Assembly: GCA_036481315.1 (NCBI GenBank)
Contig: JAZGHS010000123.1
Span: 1 to 59,270 of the forward strand
Origin: Candidatus Zixiibacteriota bacterium
GTDB taxonomy: Bacteria; Zixibacteria; MSB-5A5; UBA10806
Reading direction: 5' to 3'
DNA: 59,270 bases
Shown here: piece by piece, positions 1 to 9,099 of the stretch
Layout of the letters: each line of letters begins with the position of its first letter
Position numbering within the stretch: position 1 is the stretch's first letter
Made by a program: the position numbers and the translations under genes
The notes under the pieces: model-generated
Told to the model about the DNA's origin: nothing
Databases searched by the model: none
Seen by the model: the letters and a program-made list of their open reading frames with translations, nothing else

Positions 1-2
1 CG

Positions 3-587
3 GCTATCAGCGATCATTTTCCGGATAATAATTTCGCGCTCGATTCGACCAATAATATCAGTTCAAGGGTCGGGGATAAGCTTACCCGTGACGCTATCAA
101 GGCGATCATTTTCGCTCTTTTCGGAATTTTGATCTACATTTGGATTCGTTTCGATTTCAGGTTTGGCGTGGCGGCTACGATCGCGACTTTCCACGATGTT
201 CTCGCGGTTTTAGGCATCTATTTTCTGCTCGATCTGGAGATTTCGCTCCTGGTGATTACGGCGTTATTGACACTGGCGGGGTATTCGCTTACCGATACGG
301 TTGTGGTATTCGACAGGATACGAGAGAATTTAAAGAATTTCCGCAGGCGCAGCGATTTTGCCTCGACCGTTAACACATCCATCAATGGTGTACTGTCCCG
401 CACGGCGATAACGTCGTTAACCACCATGATGGTCGTTCTTGTGCTCCTCATTATCGGCGGCGAGGTCTTATTCGATTTTGCCCTGGCGCTGATGCTGGGG
501 ATAATCGTGGGAACCTACAGTTCGGTATTCGTGGCCAGCCCGATCATCGTGGAATGGGAACAGCGGGCTCCTAAACGGGTGAAGTAA
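3..587 (+). CDS. secF: Protein-export membrane protein SecF, C-terminal part (5' end outside window)
   Basis: Frame 3 is open from the window edge. The translation ..AIKAIIFALFGILIYIWIRFDFRFG..TLAGYSLTDTVVVFDRIREN..SVFVASPI matches the conserved SecF TM4-TM6 region. The track start at 129 is an internal TTG. Confidence 0.8.
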   Translation, partial: AISDHFPDNNFALDSTNNISSRVGDKLTRDAIKAIIFALFGILIYIWIRFDFRFGVAATIATFHDVLAVLGIYFLLDLEISLLVITALLTLAGYSLTDTVVVFDRIRENLKNFRRRSDFASTVNTSINGVLSRTAITSLTTMMVVLVLLIIGGEVLFDFALALMLGIIVGTYSSVFVASPIIVEWEQRAPKRVK

Positions 588-612
588 GGTTTAATAAATT
601 TGATTTTACAAA

Positions 613-636
613 GGCCGCCGTTGGCGGCCTTTTTTG
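613..636. terminator. Rho-independent terminator between convergent genes
   Basis: GGCCGCC-GTTG-GCGGCC hairpin followed by TTTTTT, with AAA on the other side. It lies 26 nt after the secF stop. Confidence 0.8.
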
Positions 637-718
637 CTTATAAAGTGATTGGTGTACGTCCTCGTGCACCAATGCGGTATGTCGGCAGACGGGGACGTCT
701 ACCGACCACATCATTGGT

Positions 719-2164
719 TTATTTCAACAACACCATTTTAATATTCTCCGAACGATCCCCAGCCTCCAGCCTCGCGAAATAGACACCTGAGGGGTATTCG
801 GAAGCGTTCCATGTAATGGTATATTTCCCTGTGTTTTGATGGCCTTCATATAATATCTCGATCAGTTGACCGTGGAGATTGTAAATAGTAATACTGATAT
901 CGCTATCGAAGGGAATATCGTAGCTTATTTTCGTGAACACGTTGAAGGGATTCGGATGATTCTGGCTAAAAGCAAAGTATATAGGTAGATCATTTTCGGT
1001 TTCCACATCGCTCGTTTGATCCGGCGCTAATTTAAATAAAATCATTTTCATGGAGTTATAGCCGGCGATCGCGTGTCCCCCATCGGAGGTTTGTCGAATA
1101 GCCCTTATTTTACTTTCGGAGGACATAGGAATATTCTTATCCCATAGCAGGTTGCCGTCGAAACGGATCTTGACTATGTAAGCCCCGGGATTGCTGCCGA
1201 TGGAATAACCTCCGATAATATAACCTCTATCTGATGTCGGTGCGATGGAATGTCCTATCATTCCTGCCCCGAATCTTCTTTCCCACATCATGTAACCCAA
1301 AGATGTAATTCTCGATACATATATCTGCGGAATTCCCTCCGAGTGGTACTTTCCGCATAAAATAAAATTCTCGTAATCGGCGTAATCGACATTGAGTGCT
1401 GCGCGTCCTTCATCATCGCCACTCCCGCCGTACGTTCTTGTCACGATTTCATTTCCATGCGCGTCTGTTAATATAAAATACATATCCGAATAGAATAAAT
1501 ATTCTGTCCAGCCCAGTATCGCGTAACGACCACTCGGTGTCCGCTTTACAGACCAAGCCCTCTCATTAGAGGACGTACCGTACGTTCTCTCCCAGATCAA
1601 CTCCCCGTTTAAATCGATTTTAATAAGGTAAAAATCCTCTCCGCCCTCTCCGAAGGACGATGTCCAACCCGCCACGATATATCCCTCGTCCCCCGTCAAC
1701 TCCACGCAACGCCCTTCCTCGTCGGCTTCCCCGCCGAAAGTCCTGGACCAAACCGTATCCCCCTCGGAATTGGTTTTAACCAGGTAAACGTCCTTTTCCC
1801 CCGCCCCGAAAGAAGTTGTGTATCCGGCTATTATATAACCGCCCTCAGGAGTCTGTTTTATTGAGCGCCAGGCATCGGCAAGATTGCCCCCGTAAGATTT
1901 TGTCCAAAGGGTATCGCCATTTGAGTTTGTCTTTATCAGGCAAGCGGTAGGTCTGAAGTTACTCACGCCATAGGAGCCGACCAGCATATAACCTCCGTCG
2001 CTGGTTTCTATCATATCCCATCCTTCGGTTACTGATTCGATCTGATAGTATTTTGTCCATTCAATACTTGGCTCTTGAGCGTTCGTTCCTATTGCTGATG
2101 CTATAGAAATCGTCGCTGATAAATAGATCGTCTTGAAAAGTCTCATTTTCGGCCTTCCGGACAT
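719..2164 (-). CDS. Secreted beta-propeller-type repeat protein with T9SS C-terminal sorting domain
   Basis: Signal peptide; the real start may be the MRLFKT.. Met at 2146. About 7 copies of a ~48-aa repeat (GGY.I.G.T.SFG.G..D.YL.K....G...W). The tail is NHPNPFN..SGVYFARLEAGDRSENIKMVLLK. Confidence 0.8.
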   Translation of the reverse strand: MSGRPKMRLFKTIYLSATISIASAIGTNAQEPSIEWTKYYQIESVTEGWDMIETSDGGYMLVGSYGVSNFRPTACLIKTNSNGDTLWTKSYGGNLADAWRSIKQTPEGGYIIAGYTTSFGAGEKDVYLVKTNSEGDTVWSRTFGGEADEEGRCVELTGDEGYIVAGWTSSFGEGGEDFYLIKIDLNGELIWERTYGTSSNERAWSVKRTPSGRYAILGWTEYLFYSDMYFILTDAHGNEIVTRTYGGSGDDEGRAALNVDYADYENFILCGKYHSEGIPQIYVSRITSLGYMMWERRFGAGMIGHSIAPTSDRGYIIGGYSIGSNPGAYIVKIRFDGNLLWDKNIPMSSESKIRAIRQTSDGGHAIAGYNSMKMILFKLAPDQTSDVETENDLPIYFAFSQNHPNPFNVFTKISYDIPFDSDISITIYNLHGQLIEILYEGHQNTGKYTITWNASEYPSGVYFARLEAGDRSENIKMVLLK

Positions 2165-2243
2165 CCGAAAAAGTTTCTTTGTATTATGTTTACAAATTAT
2201 AAAACAAGTTTTGCGTGAAAAAACGTTCCGTTATTTCACCCGC

Positions 2244-4007
2244 CTATTTCAATAGCACCATCTTAATATTTTCGGTTTGCATTTCCGCCTCCAGCCGCGC
2301 GAAATAGACGCCGGAGGGGTAATGGTCGGCGTGCCAGGTGATGGTATGATATCCGGCCTGCTTGTTGCAATCGAATAATGTTGCTACCCGTTGCCCGAGT
2401 ATGTTGTAGATCTCGATTCGAACATCGGATTGCACCGGCAGGCTGTAGCGGATGGTGGTAATCGGGTTGAAGGGGTTGGGATAGTTCTGATGGAGGGAAT
2501 ACTCGATTGGCAACAGCCGTTCGCCTATTATACCTGTTGGTTCGCATCCCACTCCGAAAGTCCCGATATCTTCGCCGTTTTCTCCGGCGCCGACGCAACA
2601 GGAGTTTTCCGCCAGATAATAATTACCATCATCGGGATTGCAGAATAGAGGATCGCAATCGATATTTCCCTCGCCTTCCCAGCCGCCTTGGATGTTTGAG
2701 TAAGTAATAATAGATTCGCTTCCGGAATGTTCGTCGGGGGTGTCTCCCCAGAGAATACAGTTGACCAGTGACGGAGTCGAGGCCCCGTTCCAGATAGCGC
2801 CGCCATAATCGGCCGAATTATCTGAGAAAGTGCAATTTAATAATACAGCCTGAGAATAGGTATAATTCGATATTCCTCCGCCTGCCCCTGAAGCGTTATT
2901 ACCTGCAATAAGGCAATTTGTGATAATCGGCGAGGACATGTCGTTTGAAATCCCCCCTCCGTAATTACCGGCGGAATTGCCTGTTATCTCGCAGTTGTAA
3001 AGTTCCGGCGCGCCTCCGATATTATCCATACCGCCTCCTCCATTAAGGGCGATATTCCCTGATATGATCGTGTATTCAAATCGGGAGAGTGAATTATTGC
3101 AGTGGATACCACCACCGTAGCTGGCGGTATTATCGTAGATTTCATTTTGACGAGCTATAATGTTGGAGCCTTGAGCGAAAATCCCGCCGCCCGGTCCGAG
3201 GGCGATATTACCGCTAATAATATTATTGTCGATTATGGGATTGGAAGTATAAAAACAAAGCCCTCCGCCTTCGAAATTGGATATATTCAGGCTGATGGTA
3301 TTACCGATAATTTCGGGAGCGGAGGATGTAAAACACGCGATACCGCCTCCATATTCATATTCCGCAAGATTACCGACCAGCACGTTATTTTCTATACGGG
3401 GACTGGCATCGCTGCAGCAAATCCCCCCGCCGGCGCCCATGACTGAATTGCCGTCAATTAAATTATTATAAATATAGGGATCTGAATTCTGGCAATAGAT
3501 TCCCCCTCCGGTTAAAACCGCTGTATTTTGAGATATCGAATTATTGGCAATAACGGGATTAGAGGAATCGAAACAAGCGATTCCGCCACCGTTCGAACTG
3601 GTGTTGTTTCCCATTATGATATTATTAGCTATGGTGGGTGAAGAGTTATTGCAGTAGATACCTCTCTGGCCATGGGTTAAAGTAAATCCGGTTAATGTAG
3701 CGCTGCTGTCTTCACCTTCCGCGAATTGTACTACAGAGACGGAACCATTACCGTACATTACCGTTTCCTCAATATACGTCGTATCCCCCGTTGTCAAGAA
3801 CAGCGAGCCCAGCGTGATATTATGCCCGTTGAAATTGATATTTTCCACATAAGTCCCCGGCTGAACCAGCACCGTGTCGCCATTTGATGAAACATCGATG
3901 CCCTCCTGGATGGTGAGGTAGTCATCGGGGATGTTGATGATGGCGGCGGAGGCAGGATGGGTGATAAGAGTCGATAATATGATCATCAGTAATGTAATTC
4001 TCTTCAT
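2244..4007 (-). CDS. Right-handed parallel beta-helix (PbH1) repeat protein with T9SS C-terminal sorting domain
   Basis: Signal peptide ..HPASAA. More than 12 repeats of the N.I..N.a..GGGI type. GGWEGEGNIDCDPLF motif. Tail QNYPNPFNP..SGVYFARLEAEMQTENIKMVLLK. An AGGAG RBS sits in the 12-nt gap after the upstream gene. Confidence 0.85.
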   Translation of the reverse strand: MKRITLLMIILSTLITHPASAAIINIPDDYLTIQEGIDVSSNGDTVLVQPGTYVENINFNGHNITLGSLFLTTGDTTYIEETVMYGNGSVSVVQFAEGEDSSATLTGFTLTHGQRGIYCNNSSPTIANNIIMGNNTSSNGGGIACFDSSNPVIANNSISQNTAVLTGGGIYCQNSDPYIYNNLIDGNSVMGAGGGICCSDASPRIENNVLVGNLAEYEYGGGIACFTSSAPEIIGNTISLNISNFEGGGLCFYTSNPIIDNNIISGNIALGPGGGIFAQGSNIIARQNEIYDNTASYGGGIHCNNSLSRFEYTIISGNIALNGGGGMDNIGGAPELYNCEITGNSAGNYGGGISNDMSSPIITNCLIAGNNASGAGGGISNYTYSQAVLLNCTFSDNSADYGGAIWNGASTPSLVNCILWGDTPDEHSGSESIITYSNIQGGWEGEGNIDCDPLFCNPDDGNYYLAENSCCVGAGENGEDIGTFGVGCEPTGIIGERLLPIEYSLHQNYPNPFNPITTIRYSLPVQSDVRIEIYNILGQRVATLFDCNKQAGYHTITWHADHYPSGVYFARLEAEMQTENIKMVLLK

Positions 4008-4019
4008 TTTAGCAACTCC

Positions 4020-5357
4020 TTATTTCAACAATACCATCTTGATATTCTCCGTCAAATTCCCCGCCTCCAACCTTGCGAAATAGAGGCCGGAGGGGTAATC
4101 GTCGGCGTGCCAGGTGATGGTATGATATCCGGCCTGCTTGTCGCAATCGAATAATGTTGCCACCCGTTGCCCGAGTATGTTGTAGATCTCGATTCGGACG
4201 TCGGATTGTGATGGCAGGCTGTAGCGGATAGTAGTGGATGGGTTGAAGGGGTTGGGGAAGTTTTGCAAGAGCGAAAACCTGTTAGGAAGTTCGTTTATAA
4301 AATCATCGATAGTGACCATAACCGAGTCCCCGCCGCCGTAAGCGCCCATGTCGGAGAGGATCGTACCCAGCCCCCAATCACAATCCAACAGGCTGTCTAT
4401 GATGGCCGGACTGCCGGTATCAATACAGGGGGAGTCATACGGATCGCCGCATTCTGTGGACATGATATTAAAATGCTCGTTACGAAAAAGAAACAGCGGA
4501 TCTTCGCTGATATTCCCCTCGCCGGGCCATATAGCATACTGGATACAACAAAATGAAATCTGCGACCAAACTGAATCGTCTAAGAAAATCTCTGAACCCT
4601 CCGGCCACGAATCATTCCCCCAGACTATTGAATTTGTTAGCAGCAGTGTCGAATTACTATCGCAATAAATACCCGCCCCCACGTAGCTCCAGTTTCTGGT
4701 AACGGTGTTATTATACAATTCAAGATTGGATTCACGGCAATATATGCCACCTCCCATAAAATTAGACCAAATGCTGTTATTGGTAATCGTTAGATTAGAA
4801 TTTTCACTATAGATACCACCGCCATATGACAACATACCGTTTGCCCTATTATACCTGATTGTGTTACCGGATAATACGGCGTCTGAGGAGAAGCAATAGA
4901 TTCCACCGCCTTCAGCATTAATGTTGTAGGCTATGTTATACTCGATAATATTGTCTCTAATTATGGGGCTTGAATAGTTGCAGAAAATACCTCCTCCACT
5001 ACCGGAGGAATTATAACCGTTTCGTATAATAAATCCCATTATGCACGACCCATTGTCTTCTTCATTTTCAAATGTCACGACACTACCAGCATCATCACCA
5101 TCTATGATTGTCGAAGAGATATAATCAGTATCGCCCGTGATTAAAAACAACGAACTCAGAACGATATTATGCCCGTTGAAATTGATATTCTCCACGTAAA
5201 TCCCCGGCTGCACCAGCACCGTGTCGCCATCAGTGGAAGCATCAATACCCTGCTGGATAGTGGGGTAATCGTCGGGGATATCGATGATGTCGGCGTAGCC
5301 GGGGAGGGCATAGGCTATTATAGTGATAGTGATTAGAAGGGTTATTCTTTTCTTCAT
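4020..5357 (-). CDS. Parallel beta-helix repeat protein with T9SS C-terminal sorting domain (paralogue of 2244..4007)
   Basis: The N-terminus IIDIPDDYPTIQQGIDASTDGDTVLVQPGIYVENINFNGHNIV and the tail SDVRIEIYNILGQRVATLFDC.KQAGYHTITWHAD.YPSG.YFARLE are near-identical to the neighbouring gene. The central PbH1 repeats differ. Confidence 0.85.
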   Translation of the reverse strand: MKKRITLLITITIIAYALPGYADIIDIPDDYPTIQQGIDASTDGDTVLVQPGIYVENINFNGHNIVLSSLFLITGDTDYISSTIIDGDDAGSVVTFENEEDNGSCIMGFIIRNGYNSSGSGGGIFCNYSSPIIRDNIIEYNIAYNINAEGGGIYCFSSDAVLSGNTIRYNRANGMLSYGGGIYSENSNLTITNNSIWSNFMGGGIYCRESNLELYNNTVTRNWSYVGAGIYCDSNSTLLLTNSIVWGNDSWPEGSEIFLDDSVWSQISFCCIQYAIWPGEGNISEDPLFLFRNEHFNIMSTECGDPYDSPCIDTGSPAIIDSLLDCDWGLGTILSDMGAYGGGDSVMVTIDDFINELPNRFSLLQNFPNPFNPSTTIRYSLPSQSDVRIEIYNILGQRVATLFDCDKQAGYHTITWHADDYPSGLYFARLEAGNLTENIKMVLLK

Positions 5358-5595
5358 TGTTATTTCCAGTGAGGCCTCAATATATTAAGCCCCTACGGCA
5401 TCATTATTTTAAAAGAACAATTCTATACTCTTTTCATTCCTCCGCTTCGCTCACAACCGTTAAGCCGATAGCATCAATATAGCGATATTCCATAATATGT
5501 AAAGAAAGAACGACTGGCTAAATAGGTCTACATTAACAAATATAAACAATTTCGAATTAAGAGGTTAGATAGGCAACAATTCCGGCAATTTTCTC

Positions 5596-5623
5596 TTGAC
5601 CTATTAGTAATTGCTTCTATATT
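5596..5623 (+). promoter_or_regulatory. Sigma70-type promoter candidate for the Rieske/cyt b operon
   Basis: TTGACC (5596-5601), 16-nt spacer, TATATT (5618-5623), about 80 nt upstream of the GTG start. The same architecture recurs at 23466, 25704 and 51106. Confidence 0.45.
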
Positions 5624-5700
5624 TGCGCTCTATGTGAGGTATGGTATGGCTTGTGAAAAAAAGCGCAAAAAGCGCAAATTGATAATAGAAGGAGAATAGA

Positions 5701-6162
5701 GTGGCAGATGAAAAAATCCCTCGTCGCGAGGCGCTCAATTATCTTCTCGGCGCGGGCGTAGGCGCCCTGGGGATCGCCACACTCTACCCGGTGGTGACAT
5801 ATATCATACCCCCGAAAGCGTCCGGCGCCGGGACATCGTCGGTATCCGCCGCCAAAGTCGGCGAACTGAAGCCGAACCAGGGCAAGATATTCAAGTTCGG
5901 AAACAGCCCCGGCATATTGGTATTAAAACCGGGTGGAGATCCGGCCAGCGCGCTTGGCTACGTCGCTTTCACCGCTGTTTGCACCCATTTAAACTGCACG
6001 GTACAATACCGCGACGATCTAAAAGAGATCTGGTGCGCCTGTCACAACGGCCATTTCGATCTCAACGGGAAGGTCATGTCGGGCCCGCCTCCCACGCCGC
6101 TTCAAGAATACCGAGTGGCTATCAAAGGCGACGAGATCTTCGTCTCCAGCGAGGAGGCGTAA
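5701..6162 (+). CDS. Rieske [2Fe-2S] subunit of a cytochrome bc/b6f-type complex
   Basis: Cluster-binding boxes CTHLNC and CACHNGHF. N-terminal Tat-like PRREALNYLLGAG plus a TM anchor. GTG start preceded by AAGGAGAA. The stop lies 1 nt before the next start. Confidence 0.85.
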   Translation: MADEKIPRREALNYLLGAGVGALGIATLYPVVTYIIPPKASGAGTSSVSAAKVGELKPNQGKIFKFGNSPGILVLKPGGDPASALGYVAFTAVCTHLNCTVQYRDDLKEIWCACHNGHFDLNGKVMSGPPPTPLQEYRVAIKGDEIFVSSEEA

Positions 6163-6163
6163 T

Positions 6164-7234
6164 ATGGATTTAAAAGAAAGGCTATATAACTGGTGGAACG
6201 AGAGAGTCGATCTCGATAACCTGCTGGCCTTTTTAAATCACAAAACTGTCCCGCACCATCGTCACTCGATCTGGTATTATGTCGGCGGGATGTGTCTTTA
6301 CCTGTTTATCGTGCAGGTTATCACCGGGATTTTGCTTTTGCTTTATTATAAACCGACCGCTGAAGCGGCTTACGAATCTGTACAGTATATAATGACAGAT
6401 GTTCCATTCGGCTGGCTGGTCAGATCGATTCATTCCTATGCCGCCAACATATTCATCGGTTTGATTTTTGTGCATATGTTCTCGGTCTTTCTGATGAAAG
6501 CTTATCGTAAGCCGAGAGAATTGACATGGATAACAGGGGTCGTACTTCTATTACTGGCTATGGGATTCGGTTTCTCCGGATACCTTCTGCCCTGGAACCA
6601 GCTTGCCTATCTGGCCACCAACGTCGGCACCAATTTCGCGATCATGACTCCGGTAATCGGGGATTGGCTTTTGGTGTTCTTGCGCGGCGGAACGGAGGTT
6701 ACCGGGGCAACGTTGACCCGCTTTTTCGGTTTCCACGTGGCCGTACTGCCCGGCATCTTCACCTCTGTATTGGGTCTTCATTTGTTATTCGTGCAAAGGC
6801 TGGGGATGAGCGTCCCGATATCGATCGAGAAAGAGATCAGCGACGGCAAGGCCCAACGCGAGGAAATGCCGTTCGTCCCCAATTTTCTTTATAGAGATAT
6901 TCTCGGCTGGACGTTGGCGTTGGGATTGATCGTTTTGCTATCGTCCATGTTCCCGTGGGAGTTGGGTGAGAAAGCCGATATACTCACACCGGCGCCACCT
7001 CATGTCAAGCCGGAATGGTTTTTTGTTTTCATGTACCAGACTCTGAAATACGTCCCCAAAACTATTGGAGTGTTCGGGTTCGCTATTGGGGGCGCAGTGT
7101 GGATTTTATTGCCGTTTTTCGATAGGAAATCGAACCGCGGCGAACCGAACAAACTCTACACGGTAATCGGGGTATTCGTAGTGATCTATATGGTCGCGCT
7201 GACATTAATCGGATATCTGGCGCCGGGGGAATGA
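6164..7234 (+). CDS. Cytochrome b (fused b6 + subunit IV-like)
   Basis: Motifs ..YYVGGMCLYLFIVQVITGILL.., SIHSYAANIFIGLIFVHMF, GYLLPWNQLAY, RFFGFHVAVLP and a PEWF(F) variant of the PEWY motif. About 8 TM segments. Confidence 0.9.
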   Translation: MDLKERLYNWWNERVDLDNLLAFLNHKTVPHHRHSIWYYVGGMCLYLFIVQVITGILLLLYYKPTAEAAYESVQYIMTDVPFGWLVRSIHSYAANIFIGLIFVHMFSVFLMKAYRKPRELTWITGVVLLLLAMGFGFSGYLLPWNQLAYLATNVGTNFAIMTPVIGDWLLVFLRGGTEVTGATLTRFFGFHVAVLPGIFTSVLGLHLLFVQRLGMSVPISIEKEISDGKAQREEMPFVPNFLYRDILGWTLALGLIVLLSSMFPWELGEKADILTPAPPHVKPEWFFVFMYQTLKYVPKTIGVFGFAIGGAVWILLPFFDRKSNRGEPNKLYTVIGVFVVIYMVALTLIGYLAPGE

Positions 7235-7235
7235 T

Positions 7236-8528
7236 ATGAGAATGAAACTGATACTTCTGATTTTCGTGGTCGCCGGCTTTACCACCGCGAGGGCGAAAAG
7301 CTCAAGCTGTGTCGATTGCCATCTTTCCAGCGACTGGGTTTCCGATACCACCATCGTATCCGATTATATGTCCGGTGATATACATTTCAAGATGGGGTTG
7401 AGTTGCGACGATTGCCACGGCGGCGATCCGAAACGCGGTTTCGAGGAGGGCGATCCCGACCTGGCTATGGATCCCCTGAAAGGTTATAAAGCTCCGCCGA
7501 GCAGGACGGCCACGCCCGATTTCTGCGACCGATGTCATTCCGATATCGAGTATATGAAAAGGTACAATCCTCGCCTGCCTACAGACCAGTTGAAACTTTA
7601 CAAAACGTCGGTGCACGGCAAGCAGCTTTACCGGACCAGAGATACCAAAGTCGCCGTTTGCACCGATTGCCACGGAGTTCATAATATTCTGCCGTCGTCG
7701 GACTCGCGGAGTATGATCTATCACAACAACGTTCCGGAAACGTGCCGTAAGTGCCACGGCAGCCCTCAGTATATGAGAGGGTATAAATATAACGGCCGTC
7801 AGATACCGACAGACCAGTACGAGGAATATTCGAAATCGGTGCACGGTATCATGGTCTTGGAAGAGGGAGATAACTCGGCTCCATCCTGTAACAACTGTCA
7901 TGGTAACCATGGCGCTACTCCGCCGAATCTTATCTCGGTTTCGGCCGCCTGTGGGGAATGCCACGCATATAATCGCGATTTCTTCAACGCTTCCGTGCAT
8001 AAAGAGGTATGGGAGGATCTCGGATATCCCGAATGCGAACAATGCCATGGCAATCATCTCATCCAGCCTGCCACGGAAGGGTTGCTCGGCGTGGACGAGG
8101 GCGCGCTATGTATCCAATGTCACGATGAGGGCGACGATGGTTACGCGGCCGCGTCGATTATGAAAGCTCAAATCGATTCGCTCAAACATGCTTTGGAATC
8201 GGCTGAAAAGGTGGCTAAGGAAGCTGAGGAAAAGGGAGTGGAAGGTGGTCAGGCCAGGTTCGATCTGGGCGCGGCAAAGGATAACCTGACCCGGGTTCGA
8301 TCGGTAATTCACACTTTCGACCCGGAACAGGTCTCGGAGATTACGTCATCCGGTATAAAAGTTGCCCACGAGGTAGAAGAGATCGCAGAGTTGGCTTTGG
8401 GTGATATCAAGATCCGTCAGATCGGCCTGGCGATTTCTCTTTTGGTGATACTCTATGTGGCCCTGATTTTATGGAGAAAAATCAAGCAGGTCGATAGTAA
8501 AACCGATTTCGTAGTGCGTGATAAATAG
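7236..8528 (+). CDS. Membrane-anchored multihaem c-type cytochrome (9 CxxCH motifs)
   Basis: Signal peptide. Nine CxxCH motifs: CVDCH, CDDCH, CDRCH, CTDCH, CRKCH, CNNCH, CGECH, CEQCH, CIQCH. Helical region, then a C-terminal TM (IGLAISLLVILYVALILW). The start is 1 nt after the cyt b stop. Confidence 0.85.
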   Translation: MRMKLILLIFVVAGFTTARAKSSSCVDCHLSSDWVSDTTIVSDYMSGDIHFKMGLSCDDCHGGDPKRGFEEGDPDLAMDPLKGYKAPPSRTATPDFCDRCHSDIEYMKRYNPRLPTDQLKLYKTSVHGKQLYRTRDTKVAVCTDCHGVHNILPSSDSRSMIYHNNVPETCRKCHGSPQYMRGYKYNGRQIPTDQYEEYSKSVHGIMVLEEGDNSAPSCNNCHGNHGATPPNLISVSAACGECHAYNRDFFNASVHKEVWEDLGYPECEQCHGNHLIQPATEGLLGVDEGALCIQCHDEGDDGYAAASIMKAQIDSLKHALESAEKVAKEAEEKGVEGGQARFDLGAAKDNLTRVRSVIHTFDPEQVSEITSSGIKVAHEVEEIAELALGDIKIRQIGLAISLLVILYVALILWRKIKQVDSKTDFVVRDK

Positions 8529-8630
8529 AATAAATCGATAGTTAAGATCGAGGGGTATCGGATAGATTTTTTCGGTATCCCTTTTTTATATGAACGGATA
8601 ATCCGGTTATAAGGGCGATTTTTTTTGATA

Positions 8631-8657
8631 AACACCAAAACCGGGGTTGGGAGCCCC
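8631..8657. repeat. Copy 1 of a dispersed 27-nt exact repeat (degenerate hairpin copy)
   Basis: AACACCAAAACCGGGGTTGGGAGCCCC is identical to 16783-16809. The 3' arm of the hairpin is lost here (continues ttattt). Gapped similarity to the other copy extends about 25 nt further upstream. Confidence 0.7.
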
Positions 8658-9099
8658 TTATTTGTATTATACACCAATAAGTTACAGTCCTCGTGACCAT
8701 ATCATGACCAAAATCAATTTTCGCCTTCCTTCCCCATTTGACGCCGGATCGTCTGGCCGATGCGGTGGAAAAGTTGGAATTTAGCTGATAAAAAATACTG
8801 CTTATGCAGTTTTAACGGTAAGCACTTAATTACAAAAAGACACCATTATACCACAACAATCGCGGTTCCGACGATGTTTTGGCGAATATCATTAATCGTT
8901 TTCTCAGACTTTTTACCCATAGTATTCAACTGAAAGACTAAATTAATCGAGAATTCGTAGCGAGAAAGAAAACCGTTTGTAATGATCTACTTATAATGTT
9001 ATTATAGTCATGGAATGAGACATGGTATGACAAACCGGACGCTTACAACGGTATGTTTCAAAAAGATGTACTTTGTAATTTGCAAATCAGGAGGACACC

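Noticed and set aside
7302-8057. 251-aa minus-strand ORF inside the multihaem cytochrome gene. Similar long antisense or alternate-frame ORFs occur at 29642..30259, 53042..53677, 22358..22909, 11656..12192 and 19731..20120.
   Set aside because: Each is fully embedded in a strongly motif-supported gene on the other strand or frame. They lack an RBS or signal and have Arg/Ser/Gly-rich shadow-ORF composition.
8552-8581. Apparent terminator hairpin (gggtatcgga...tcggtatccc + TTTTTT) right after the cytochrome operon.
   Set aside because: On checking base-pairing, the two arms are a direct repeat (GGTATCGG / CGGTATCC), not an inverted one, so no stable stem forms. Only the T-tract is real.
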